A program made the translations under genes and the position numbers. A DNA stretch of 34,448 bases from a virus (Duplodnaviria > Caudoviricetes). The stretch covers positions 1-34,448 of IMG/VR virus record IMGVR_UViG_3300036987_000451; one strand, written 5' to 3'. Of this stretch, positions 25,244 to 33,962 are shown in pieces. Numbering within the stretch: the stretch's first letter is position 1; each line of letters opens with the position of its first letter. The notes under the pieces were generated by a model. The model did not search any database, was not told where the DNA came from, and worked only from the letters and a program-made list of their open reading frames with translations.

Positions 25244-25693
25244 ATGGCCGCCCGGCCCGACCCGCTGCGGCGGCGTGAGCTGGCGGCGATCCACGCCGCG
25301 GTGAAGCAGCTCGGCCTGGACGACGACACCTACCGCGCCCTGCTGCGGCAGCAGTGCAACGTGGACTCGGCGGCCGGGTTGGACGGGCCCGGGCGGCACC
25401 GCATCCTCGACGCGCTGCGGGCGCGGGGCTGGCAGCCGCCCAAGAGCCCCCCCCGCAGCGGTCCGGGCGCGGCCCAGGCGGCGAAGATTCGGGCGCTGTG
25501 GGGAGAGCTGGAGCGACGGGGGCTGGTGCGGGACGGCAGCGTGAAGGCGCTGCGGTCGTTCGTGCGGCGCATGACCGGCGTGGAGGAGGGCGAGTGGCTG
25601 GACGGCCCCCGGGCCAACGTGGTGATCGAGGCGCTCAAGGGCTGGCTGCACCGAGGGGAGCGGCCGCGGGAGGCGAGCGATGGCACGGCCTGA
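25244..25693 (+). CDS. gemA: GemA/gp16-like regulator (DUF1018)
   Basis: IH.A.KQLGLDDDTYR.LL, KIRALW, AL.SFV.RMTGV and VIEALK.W motifs. Confidence 0.92.
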   Translation: MAARPDPLRRRELAAIHAAVKQLGLDDDTYRALLRQQCNVDSAAGLDGPGRHRILDALRARGWQPPKSPPRSGPGAAQAAKIRALWGELERRGLVRDGSVKALRSFVRRMTGVEEGEWLDGPRANVVIEALKGWLHRGERPREASDGTA

Positions 25694-26018
25694 ATACCCC
25701 AGGGTGCTGGAGGACCTCGCGACGGACATCACGCTCGCGCTGATGGACGCCGGCATCGACGACCCGCTGGCAGCCCGGGTGGGCGTGGCCGCGGTGGAGT
25801 CGCTGCGGCGGCTCTGGGGGGGGACCCAGATCTACGTCCCCCGCGGCAGCCGGGTCGCCGTCGCGGCGCGCAACGCGGAGATCTTCCGCGAACTCGCCGC
25901 GGCTGATACCGTGGAGGCGCGGGCGGAGCTGGCCCGGCGCCACGGGATCTCCGAGCGGCACCTGCGCCGGTTGATCGGTGCGCTCCAGCTCGATCCAGCA
26001 GCTCACGAGTCCAAGTAA
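25680..26018 (+). CDS. mor: Mor/C-family transcription activator
   Basis: WGG.QIYVP.G, RN.EIF and ELARRHGISER...RLI motifs. Confidence 0.92.
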   Translation: MARPEYPRVLEDLATDITLALMDAGIDDPLAARVGVAAVESLRRLWGGTQIYVPRGSRVAVAARNAEIFRELAAADTVEARAELARRHGISERHLRRLIGALQLDPAAHESK

Positions 26019-26062
26019 CCCCGCCCGTTCTCCTCAAACAGCGGAATCAGAATACGAATCAA

Positions 26063-26105
26063 GGACAAGGATCCTTGGATCTCCGCGCCCTCACGCTCAT
26101 ACAGT
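26063..26105 (+). promoter_or_regulatory. Late promoter of the lysis/packaging operon with putative Mor-type box
   Basis: GGACAAGGATCCTTGGAT (26063-26080), 19 nt, TACAGT (26100-26105). No consensus -35. Confidence 0.75.
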
Positions 26106-26122
26106 GTGTGCGGAGGTCGGAA

Positions 26123-27043
26123 ATGCAGCGTCGATGGCTGGAATTCACCGTTGCCCTATTCATCGTCGTTGCGAATCACCTGATCAATGGAGGAATCTCT
26201 CATGCAGATCGACTGGAAGAACAGCCTGCTGCGCGTCTGGCCCTGGATGGCCCTGGCGCTGGTGACCCTGGCGCTGATGGCGCTGCTGGTCCCCCATCAG
26301 TTGCCCGCCCTGCTGTGGAACCTGGGGAAGGTCTCGCTGGGGGTGCACCTCGGCTACTGGGCGGACCGGCACCTGTTCCCCTACGCCCGGCCGCACCGGC
26401 CGGTCATCGCCTGCAACCGTTCGACCGCGATGATCCGGCGGGCGATCTTGGTGGCTGCGGTGGTGATCGCGCTGGGGCTCGGGGTCTGATCCCCACCGGC
26501 GCCCGGCGCCACCGCCGGGAGCTGACGCGGCTGGCCGCGGTGTACTGGGGGCTGGACGCGCCGGTGGCCCGGATGGCCGCCCAGATCCACCTCGAGTCCG
26601 CCTGGCAGCCCGCCGCCCGCAACCCCATCGCCAGTGGCCTCGGGCAGTTCACCGCGGGGACCGCGGCGACGATGGCCCGCCTCTACCCCGAGCTACACCC
26701 CGCGGCTCCGTTCGACTCGGGGTGGTCGCTGCGCGCAGTGGTGATCTACGACCTCCACCTCCACCGGGGGCTACGTCCCCGGGGCGCCGCGGCGCTCGAC
26801 GACTGCGCCCGCTGGGCGATGGTGCTCGCCGCGTACAACGGCGGCCCCGGCTGGATCGAGCGGGACCGCACCCTGACCACCCGGCGCGGCGGGGACCCGG
26901 ACCGCTGGTGGGGGCACGTCGCCGCGCACTCCGGCCGGGCGCCCCACCACCACCGGCGCAATCGCTGGTACGTGGTCCGGGTGCTCTGCGAGTTGGAGCG
27001 CCGCTACCTCGTCGCCGGCTGGCCGGGGGAGGGCTGCCCGTGA
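26123..27043 (+). CDS. Endolysin, lytic transglycosylase (SLT), with N-terminal signal-like segment (306 aa; start uncertain)
   Basis: AQIHLES (catalytic Glu), GLGQF and AAYNGG motifs. GGAGG RBS before ATG 26123. Confidence 0.85.
   Translation: MQRRWLEFTVALFIVVANHLINGGISHADRLEEQPAARLALDGPGAGDPGADGAAGPPSVARPAVEPGEGLAGGAPRLLGGPAPVPLRPAAPAGHRLQPFDRDDPAGDLGGCGGDRAGARGLIPTGARRHRRELTRLAAVYWGLDAPVARMAAQIHLESAWQPAARNPIASGLGQFTAGTAATMARLYPELHPAAPFDSGWSLRAVVIYDLHLHRGLRPRGAAALDDCARWAMVLAAYNGGPGWIERDRTLTTRRGGDPDRWWGHVAAHSGRAPHHHRRNRWYVVRVLCELERRYLVAGWPGEGCP
26202..26489 (+). CDS. Putative 2/3-TM holin (95 aa), nested in the endolysin frame
   Basis: GGAGG RBS, hydrophobic helices, GYW.DR.LFPYARP and MIRRAI.V motifs. 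Confidence 0.88.
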   Translation: MQIDWKNSLLRVWPWMALALVTLALMALLVPHQLPALLWNLGKVSLGVHLGYWADRHLFPYARPHRPVIACNRSTAMIRRAILVAAVVIALGLGV

Positions 27044-27459
27044 GCCGCTGGCTGCTCCAGCGCCTGATCGTGGCCCTCGGCGCCGCGCTGCTCGTCGCGA
27101 TGGCCGTGGTCGCCGCGCGTCAGCAGCTCGAGCTCGCCGCGCTGCGGGGTGCGGTGACCGAGTGCGCGGGGCAGCGCGACGCGGCGCAGGCCCGGGTCGG
27201 GGAGCTGCACATCCGCCTGGGCTCGCTGGAGGCCCTCCAGGCCGTGCAGGAGGCCGCGCTGCGGGAGCAGACGGCACTGGCCACCGAGCAGCGCCAGCGG
27301 GCCGCCAGGGCGACGAGCGAGGCCGGAGCGGAGCGACGACGGGCGGAGGCACGGGTGGCCGCGTTCCGGGCGATGCCGGTGCCGTCCGGCTGCGAGGCGG
27401 CGGTCCGATGGGGCGCGGGGCAGGGACGAGCCTTCGGGCTCGACTGGAGCGGGCAGTGA
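27040..27459 (+). CDS. Inner-membrane spanin (Rz-like, 139 aa)
   Basis: N-terminal TM helix, long coiled coil, C-terminal Cys. GTGA coupling. Confidence 0.75.
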   Translation: MSRWLLQRLIVALGAALLVAMAVVAARQQLELAALRGAVTECAGQRDAAQARVGELHIRLGSLEALQAVQEAALREQTALATEQRQRAARATSEAGAERRRAEARVAAFRAMPVPSGCEAAVRWGAGQGRAFGLDWSGQ

Positions 27460-27761
27460 GGCGGGTCGTGACGCTGGCCCTCGTCGCAGGGGTCGCCCTG
27501 ACCGCCTGCGCCCCGGCGACCCGGCCGCAGCCGGCCCCGCCGCCGGAGCTGCGGGTGGTGCGCGTGCCCGTGCCCGTGCCCTGCGTCGCGCCCCCGCTGC
27601 CGCAGCGTCCGCGCCTGGCGCTCGCCTCGCTGCCTGCGGAGGCCGGCCCGGCGGAGGTGCTGCGGGCCTACCTGATGACGTGCGAGCAGCTCGCCGGCTA
27701 CGCCCGGGAGCTGGAGACGATTGCGGGGGCCTGCGGCACCCCGACAGAGGAGGGGCGATGA
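27456..27761 (+). CDS. Outer-membrane spanin lipoprotein (Rz1-like, 101 aa)
   Basis: Lipobox LTAC, Pro-rich V.VPVPVPC and C-terminal Cys. Confidence 0.8.
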   Translation: MRRVVTLALVAGVALTACAPATRPQPAPPPELRVVRVPVPVPCVAPPLPQRPRLALASLPAEAGPAEVLRAYLMTCEQLAGYARELETIAGACGTPTEEGR

Positions 27762-28072
27762 ATAGCTGGCAGGTCGTGGCCGTCGTGGTCGCCATCGTGA
27801 CGCTCTACAGCGCGATCGTGATCTGGGCCGTGAAGTCGATCACCCGGCTGGCGATGACGGTCTATGACAGGCGACTCGACGCACTGGAGGGACGCCAGGA
27901 TCGCCACGAACGACAGGATGCGGAGTTCAGGGAGCAGCTCCCTGACCGCTTCATGCTGCGGGAGGACTGGAACGCGTTTCGCGATCAGGTGCTCATGATG
28001 ACCTCGATCGTGGACCACAAGCTGGACGTCCTGCTCTCCCGAATCCCACGCAAGTTGGAGGACGACGAATGA
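27758..28072 (+). CDS. Membrane-anchored coiled-coil protein at the Mu gp25 position (104 aa)
   Basis: N-terminal TM helix, LP.RF..REDW and KLD motifs. Synteny. Confidence 0.7.
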   Translation: MNSWQVVAVVVAIVTLYSAIVIWAVKSITRLAMTVYDRRLDALEGRQDRHERQDAEFREQLPDRFMLREDWNAFRDQVLMMTSIVDHKLDVLLSRIPRKLEDDE

Positions 28073-28389
28073 GCGACGACGAGCTGACCCCGAACCAGAT
28101 CCGCGCACTGGCCCGCCGCATGAGCCGTTGGCGGATTCTCCGCATCCTCTACATGGGCCGGCCGATCGGCGCGAACGAAACGATCATCCTCCACGCCCTG
28201 TCCAGGGGCGACTTCGAGGTGACGAAGCAAAGCGTGCGCAACGAGCTGGAGTACCTCGCCGGCCTGAAGTTGATCTCGCTCGCCCAGGGGCACACTTGGC
28301 TGGCAGAGATCCTCCCCGACGGCGTGGACGTAGTCGAGTACACCACCGAGGCGCCGGCCGGCATCCTGCGGCCCGAGCAGCAGGGCTGA
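28069..28389 (+). CDS. Mu gp26-like wHTH protein
   Basis: RW.IL..L...RP.GA.E, VRNELEYL and GVDVVEYT motifs. Confidence 0.8.
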   Translation: MSDDELTPNQIRALARRMSRWRILRILYMGRPIGANETIILHALSRGDFEVTKQSVRNELEYLAGLKLISLAQGHTWLAEILPDGVDVVEYTTEAPAGILRPEQQG

Positions 28390-28913
28390 TGCCGCCGCGC
28401 AGCAAGGTGCTCAGCCTCCCCGAGGAGGACCGGAAGTGGCTGGACGCCGCGCTCGTCGCCGGCCACTTCCAGGACTACCGGGCGCTGGCGGAGGAGCTGC
28501 AGCGTCGCGGCTATGAGATCTCCCACGCCGCGGTGTGGCGCTACGGCACCGAGTTCGAGCGAAGCCTCGGTGCGGTCAAGCTGGCCACCGAGCAGGCGCG
28601 GGCGATCGCCGAGGCCGCCGGCGACGATGAGGGAGCGCTCAACGATGCGGTCATCCGGCTGATCCAGACCAAGTCCTTCGAGGTGCTGACGAAGTTGGCG
28701 ACGGAGGACATCGACGAGTCCTTCGTCGACCTCGGCACGATGCTCTCCCGGCTGGGCAAGGTGGCGATCGACCAAAAGAAGTGGGCGGCCACCGCGCGGG
28801 AGAAGATCGCCAAGAAGTTGGAGGCGCTGGAGGAGCAGGGCAAGCAGGGCAAGGGATCCATCGACCCGGAGACGGTGCGCCGTGTCCGGGAAGAGATCTA
28901 CGGGCTGGTGTGA
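28389..28913 (+). CDS. Mu gp27-like small terminase (DUF3486, 174 aa)
   Basis: MPPRSKV..LP, GYEIS..AV.RYG and REEIYGL motifs. Confidence 0.88.
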   Translation: MPPRSKVLSLPEEDRKWLDAALVAGHFQDYRALAEELQRRGYEISHAAVWRYGTEFERSLGAVKLATEQARAIAEAAGDDEGALNDAVIRLIQTKSFEVLTKLATEDIDESFVDLGTMLSRLGKVAIDQKKWAATAREKIAKKLEALEEQGKQGKGSIDPETVRRVREEIYGLV

Positions 28914-30352
28914 TGGCCGCCCGACGCACGCGCAAGGACGCCACCCTGCCCGCGGCCGCCGTCCCGACGGGGCCAGCGGTGCCCCTGTTCGCCTACCAGA
29001 GGACGTGGTTCAGCAACCGCAGCCGGTTCAAGGTCGGAATGTTCTCCCGCCAGACCGGCAAGACCTTCACCTCCACCCTGGAGATCGTTGACGACGTGAT
29101 GGAGGCCGAGGCGCACGGCCGGCGGGCACGCTGGGTGATCCTCTCCCGGGGGGAACGGCAAGCCAAGGAGGCGATGGATGAGGGCATCAAGCGCCACCTC
29201 GCCGCCTACTGCCAAGCCTTCGAGAGCTTCGGCTACGATTGGTCGGCGGACTGGACCAACGGCGTCAAGTACAAGGCGCTCGAGGTCGTGTTGCCCGGGG
29301 GCAGCCGCATCACCGCGCTGCCCGCCAACCCGGACACCGCCCGTGGATTCAGCGCCAATGTGCTCCTGGATGAGTTCGGCTTCCACCAAGACTCCCGGGC
29401 GATCTGGAAGGCGCTGTTCCCCGTCATCACCCGGGGCTACCGCATCATCGTGATCAGCACCCCAAACGGGAAGAACAACAAGTTCTATGAGCTGATCACC
29501 ACCAAGGATCCCCTCTGGTACAAGCAGACGGTGGACATCTATCAGGCCGTGGCCCAGGGCTATCCGGCCAACGTCGATGAGCTGCGGCGCGGCCTGGCCG
29601 ATGAGGACGGCTGGGCCCAGGAGTACGAGCTGCAGTTCCTGGACGAGGCGACCGCCTGGCTGCCCTTCGACCTGATCACCGCCGCCGAGCACGAGCAGGC
29701 CGGCCAGCCCGAGCTCTACCAGGGGGGGCCCTGCTTCGTCGGCGTCGACATCGGCCGCCGCAACGACCTCTGGACCTGCTGGGTGGACGAGCAGATCGGC
29801 GACGTCGCCTGGTGCCGTGAGCTGATCGAGCTGCGCAACGCCCCCTTTGAGCAGCAGGACGCCGAGCTGGACCGGGTGTTCGCCAGCTACAACGTCGTCC
29901 GCTGCTGCATGGACCAGACTGGCATGGGGGAAAAGCCGGTGGAGGACGCGCAGCGCCGCTACGGCAGCGAGCGCGTCGAGGGCGTGCTCTTCACCGGGCC
30001 CAACAAGCTGACCCTCGCCGTCCAGGGCAAGCAGCGCTTCCAGGACCAGCGCAAGCGGATCCCGATCAGCGACGTGCTGCGGCGGGACCTGCACAAGCTG
30101 CGCAAGGTGGCCGGCCCGACGGGCGCTCCCCGCTTCGTGGCCGAACGGGACGACGCAGGCCACGCCGACCGGACCTGGGCCTGCTTCCTCGCGGACAACG
30201 CCGCAGCCGGGACGGTGATCCCGATCGAATTCCAGGCGCTGGGGCACCTCCGCCTGGCCGCGACCGGGGACCATGAGTTGGGCGGCTACCACACCACCGA
30301 CACCGGCTGGGGCACCCTCGCCGGCGGACGGCTCGACCTGCGGGGCTTCTGA
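28913..30352 (+). CDS. Terminase large subunit (479 aa)
   Basis: SRQTGKT, VLLDEF, ISTPNG, GVDIGR and GHADR.WA motifs. Confidence 0.95.
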   Translation: MAARRTRKDATLPAAAVPTGPAVPLFAYQRTWFSNRSRFKVGMFSRQTGKTFTSTLEIVDDVMEAEAHGRRARWVILSRGERQAKEAMDEGIKRHLAAYCQAFESFGYDWSADWTNGVKYKALEVVLPGGSRITALPANPDTARGFSANVLLDEFGFHQDSRAIWKALFPVITRGYRIIVISTPNGKNNKFYELITTKDPLWYKQTVDIYQAVAQGYPANVDELRRGLADEDGWAQEYELQFLDEATAWLPFDLITAAEHEQAGQPELYQGGPCFVGVDIGRRNDLWTCWVDEQIGDVAWCRELIELRNAPFEQQDAELDRVFASYNVVRCCMDQTGMGEKPVEDAQRRYGSERVEGVLFTGPNKLTLAVQGKQRFQDQRKRIPISDVLRRDLHKLRKVAGPTGAPRFVAERDDAGHADRTWACFLADNAAAGTVIPIEFQALGHLRLAATGDHELGGYHTTDTGWGTLAGGRLDLRGF

Positions 30353-31809
30353 TGGCCGACGACGAGCGCGACGCACCGCCCGAGTTCCGGGAGATCGCCA
30401 CCACCCGGGATGGACTCGACATCACCCGCGGCTACGTCGAGGGCCTCGGCCTGCTGGCGCCCGGCGACAGCGTGCTGCGAGAGCACGGCAGCGACTACGA
30501 CGTCTACCGCGACATCCTGCGGGACGACCAGGTCAAGCCGGTCTGGGAGCAGCGGCGCCTCGCCGTCGTGTCGCGGGAGTGGGAGGTGATCCCCGGCGGC
30601 AAGCGGGCCGTCGATCGGGATGCGGCTGATGCGCTGCGGGAGGACCTCGAGCAGCTCAACTGGGACGCGGTGACGGACAAGATGCTCTACGGCGTGGTCT
30701 ATGGCTACGCCGTCGCCGAGTGCCTCTACGCCCCGGGCCGCGGCCGGGTGCGGCTGGCCGGGATCAAGGTGCGGCGTCAGAAGCGCTTCGCCTTCACCCC
30801 AATGGGCGACGAGCTGCGCCTGCTCACCATGACGGCGCCGCAGGGCATCGCGCTGCCGCCGAGGAAGTTCTGGACGTTCACGGTCGGATCGGACCACGAT
30901 GACGAGCCTTACGGACTCGGACTCGGCCATTGGTGGTTCTGGCCGGTGTTCTTCAAGCGCGGCACGACCCGGCTGTGGCTGTACGCGCTGGAGAAGTCCG
31001 GTGCCCCGACCGCCGTCGGGGAGTTCCCGCCCAATGCGCGGCCCGAGGAGAAGGCCCGGCTGCTGCGCACCCTCGAGGCGCTCCAGCGCGACAGCGGCGT
31101 CATCCTGCCCCAGGGCTTCAGGATCTCGCTGCTCGAGGCGCTGAAGTACGCCAGCACCGAGCACGCGGCGCTCTATGACCGCATGAACGCCGCGATCAGC
31201 AAGATCGGCCTGGGCCAGACGATGACCACGGACGACGGCAGCAGCATGAGCCAGGCGCAGGTGCACTGGAGCGTGCGTCAGGACCTCGTGGCGGCCGACG
31301 CTTCGGTGCTGTGCGAGAGCTTCAACCGCGGCCCGGCGCGCTGGCTGACGGCATGGAACTTCCCCAACGCCACGCCCCCCAAGGTCTGGCGGCGGCTGGA
31401 TGAGGCCCCGGATCTCAAGGCGCTCAGCGAGGTCCAGGCGAACGTCTACAGGTTCGGGTACCGGCCGACGCTCCCGGCTGTGATCTCGACCTATGGCGGG
31501 GAGTGGGAGCGCGTCGACGCCCCGGCCGCAGAGCCCCCCCCCGGACCTGCCTTCGCCGGCGACGAATCGGATCCGGACCCCGTCGATCCGCTCAGCGACC
31601 AGCTCGAAGAGGCAGCCCGTCCCCTGATGGATGGGCTGCTGGAGCCCGTGCGGGCGCTGCTGGCGCGTGCCGGCTCGCTCGAAGAGTTCCGTGACGGGCT
31701 CCTGGATGCCTACGCGCAGCAGCCGATCGGCGAGCTCGGCGCCTTGCTCCAGCAGGCGCTGACCGTGGCGGAGCTGACCGGGCGCTGGAAGGTGGATCGT
31801 GGCGAGTGA
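30352..31809 (+). CDS. Portal protein (Mu gp29, DUF935)
   Basis: D.QV...EQRRLAV, YGYAV.E, PYGLGLG, ISK..LGQTMTT and A.VH..VR motifs. Confidence 0.93.
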   Translation: MADDERDAPPEFREIATTRDGLDITRGYVEGLGLLAPGDSVLREHGSDYDVYRDILRDDQVKPVWEQRRLAVVSREWEVIPGGKRAVDRDAADALREDLEQLNWDAVTDKMLYGVVYGYAVAECLYAPGRGRVRLAGIKVRRQKRFAFTPMGDELRLLTMTAPQGIALPPRKFWTFTVGSDHDDEPYGLGLGHWWFWPVFFKRGTTRLWLYALEKSGAPTAVGEFPPNARPEEKARLLRTLEALQRDSGVILPQGFRISLLEALKYASTEHAALYDRMNAAISKIGLGQTMTTDDGSSMSQAQVHWSVRQDLVAADASVLCESFNRGPARWLTAWNFPNATPPKVWRRLDEAPDLKALSEVQANVYRFGYRPTLPAVISTYGGEWERVDAPAAEPPPGPAFAGDESDPDPVDPLSDQLEEAARPLMDGLLEPVRALLARAGSLEEFRDGLLDAYAQQPIGELGALLQQALTVAELTGRWKVDRGE

Positions 31810-33109
31810 GGCCTCCCCCATCGGCGTCCCCTTCGACGAGGCGATCAAGGCCTTCGAGCAACGCAAGGACCTGCTCCCCACCCGCCACTGGACGGATCTC
31901 TGGGAGGGGATGCACGCCCGCGCCTTCGTCGTCGCCGGCGCCACCGACGGCGAGCTGCTCGCCGGACTGCGCAAGGCGGTCGACGACGCGATCACCAAGG
32001 GCACGACGCTGGAGCAGTTCCGCCAAGAGTTCGACCAGCTCGTCAGCAAGCACGGCTGGAGCCACTCCGGGACGCCGGGCTGGCGCTCGCGGGTCATCTA
32101 CGAGACGAACCTCCGCACGGCCTATCAGGCGGGACGGTGGAAGCAGCAGACCTCGCCGGAGATGCTGCAGCGCCGCCCCTACTGGGAGTATGTGCACGGC
32201 GACAGCGTGCACCCGCGCCCGGAGCACCGACGGTGGCACGGCCAGGTGCTGCGCTGGGACGACCCCTGGTGGGCGGAGCACTACCCCCCGAACGGCTGGG
32301 GCTGCAAGTGCACCGTCTACGCGCTGAATGAGCGGGACCTGAAGCGACGGGGCAAGGACGGCCCCGACACTGCGCCCGCGGTCACGCGCCGGGACTGGAC
32401 TCCGCCCAACCCGATGCCGGGGAAGAAGTCCATCTCCGTGCCGGAGGGCGTCGATCCGGGGTGGGCGTACAACCCGGGTGAGGCGGCTTGGGGGAAGGAT
32501 TGGGCTCAACAGCTCATCGACCGAGGACCGTACAAAGAGGAGTCTGGATTCCTGCCCAAGGATCTGGAGCTGGAGCTCAAGCCCAAAGCCACCCGCCCGG
32601 CACCGGCCACGCTGGGACCACGTGCTCACACGCCGGAGCAATATCGGGAGGCGATTCGTCCGGTGCTCGGCATGTACACCGACCCCACCGGGGCGGTCAT
32701 CAACGTCACCGACGCGCTCGTCGACCACATCCTGGCCGATCCGAAGCGGATGGACGACCGAGCGCGGGAGCGGTACTTCCCATGGATCCCCGACATCATC
32801 CAGGCTCCAAGAGAGATCTGGCTGGGATTCCTGCGCCACGACTCGGGGTACTACTCACTCCGGCGTCGCTATTTTGCCGTGTACCAGATGCCCGGTGGGG
32901 AGGATCAGGTCGCTGGGGTCGTGGTGGACACGGTCAACAACCAGTTCGTTGCCCTGACTGCGTTCCAGGCGACTGACCCGACCGGTGGAAGGCTGCGCTA
33001 CGGAAGGCTGCTGTGGCAGGAAAAAGGCCGCACCGTCGCCGACCCGACGGCCGCCCCACGCCCCCCGGTTGGGGTCGGCCCCGGGAAGGCTGGCATGGGT
33101 GAAGAGTAG
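31799..33109 (+). CDS. Mu gpF (gp30)-like head morphogenesis protein with C-terminal extension (PBECR2-like nuclease fold)
   Basis: RAFVVAGA, IYETNLRTAY.AGR and YPPNGWGC.C.V motifs. C-terminal DPTG...RERY..I..P.EIW...RRRY...TAF. Confidence 0.88.
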   Translation: MASEASPIGVPFDEAIKAFEQRKDLLPTRHWTDLWEGMHARAFVVAGATDGELLAGLRKAVDDAITKGTTLEQFRQEFDQLVSKHGWSHSGTPGWRSRVIYETNLRTAYQAGRWKQQTSPEMLQRRPYWEYVHGDSVHPRPEHRRWHGQVLRWDDPWWAEHYPPNGWGCKCTVYALNERDLKRRGKDGPDTAPAVTRRDWTPPNPMPGKKSISVPEGVDPGWAYNPGEAAWGKDWAQQLIDRGPYKEESGFLPKDLELELKPKATRPAPATLGPRAHTPEQYREAIRPVLGMYTDPTGAVINVTDALVDHILADPKRMDDRARERYFPWIPDIIQAPREIWLGFLRHDSGYYSLRRRYFAVYQMPGGEDQVAGVVVDTVNNQFVALTAFQATDPTGGRLRYGRLLWQEKGRTVADPTAAPRPPVGVGPGKAGMGEE

Positions 33110-33111
33110 CC

Positions 33112-33657
33112 ATGTCCGGCACCTCGATCAAGATCGACGTCGATGACGCAGAGTTCAACGCGGCCATCAGACAGCTGCTCGAGCGCCTGGAGAGCCCGCG
33201 GGCAGCCTTCGCCGACATCGGGGAGTACCTCGTCCGCAGCGTCGAGGAGCGCTTTGAGACCGAGATTGCGCCCGACGGCACACCGTGGGCTCCACTCCAC
33301 GCCGGCACCAAGGCGGCGAAGAAGCACCCCAAGATCCTGACGGAGAGCCGGGAGCTGCGACGCTCCATCGTGCATCAGGAGACGGACACCGCGCTACTGA
33401 TCGGGACGAACAAGATCTATGCCGCCATCCACCAGCTCGGCGGCACCACCAAGGCGCACGAGATTCGCCCCCGTCATAAGAAGGCCCTGGCCTGGCCCGG
33501 CATGATGGGCGGTGGGGACGACGCCCATCCGGTCGGCGCCGTCCAGCACCCCGGCTCCAAGATCCCGGCGCGGCCCTTCCTCGGGCTAAGCCCCGCGGAT
33601 CGCGAGGAGGCCCTGGCGATCCTGGCCGACTATCTGAACCCGGACGCTGGACAATGA
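33112..33657 (+). CDS. Mu gpG-like virion morphogenesis protein
   Basis: RF..E.APDG.PWAPL, IGTNKIYAAIHQLGG and IPARPFLGLS motifs. Confidence 0.93.
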   Translation: MSGTSIKIDVDDAEFNAAIRQLLERLESPRAAFADIGEYLVRSVEERFETEIAPDGTPWAPLHAGTKAAKKHPKILTESRELRRSIVHQETDTALLIGTNKIYAAIHQLGGTTKAHEIRPRHKKALAWPGMMGGGDDAHPVGAVQHPGSKIPARPFLGLSPADREEALAILADYLNPDAGQ

Positions 33658-33790
33658 CGAAATTCATGGTGCGCTGCAACAAGGAGCGTCGTCCGAGGAA
33701 TGTCCAGCCAGACGCTGGCGTTGGTCGCACCCCCTCTGGCGCCATGGCCCGACGGGGCGGCCGAGCCTGCGCACACAAAATATTTCTTCG

Positions 33791-33803
33791 TAATAACTTG
33801 AGC
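33791..33803. promoter_or_regulatory. Possible IHF-binding site near the right end
   Basis: TAATAACTTGAGC is close to YAANNNNTTGATW and is preceded by an AT-rich tract in otherwise GC-rich DNA. Confidence 0.4.
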
Positions 33804-33855
33804 GATTTCATGGCATTGGCGGAATGTGTCAAAAACCTGACAGATTGGCATCTTG

Positions 33856-33962
33856 GGATGCGCGACCACACCCCCGGACGAGCCCCGGACCCGCATCACG
33901 CCTAGTCGCGAGTCACCTCGCCTCGTCGCGCTTGGCGCGCGCATTCCATCCTTCCGGTCACA
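33856..33962 (-). repeat. Right end: terminal inverted repeat and internal end-type repeat
   Basis: 33938-33962 is the inverted match to 42-66. GGATGCGCGA at 33856-33865 is identical to 81-90 in direct orientation. Confidence 0.85.

Larger units (their letters stand above)
42..33962. mobile_element. Complete transposable (Mu-like) prophage, 33,921 bp, contractile tail, two-arm divergent organisation
   Basis: Begins TG (42-43) and ends CA (33961-33962). Ends are imperfect inverted repeats with GATC on both flanks. Encodes DDE transposase, B ATPase, Gam, GemA, Mor, Mu-type packaging genes, capsid and tail. A host gene is interrupted at the right junction. Confidence 0.95.

Noticed and set aside
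21664-32839. Long - strand ORFs (21664..23916, 28898..30376, 30286..32097, 31592..32839)
   Set aside because: Antisense shadows of transposase, terminase, portal and gpF.
33654-33905. 83-aa ORF after gpG
   Set aside because: The ATGA overlap is suggestive, but it runs through AT-rich end-regulatory DNA with atypical codon use and no motif.
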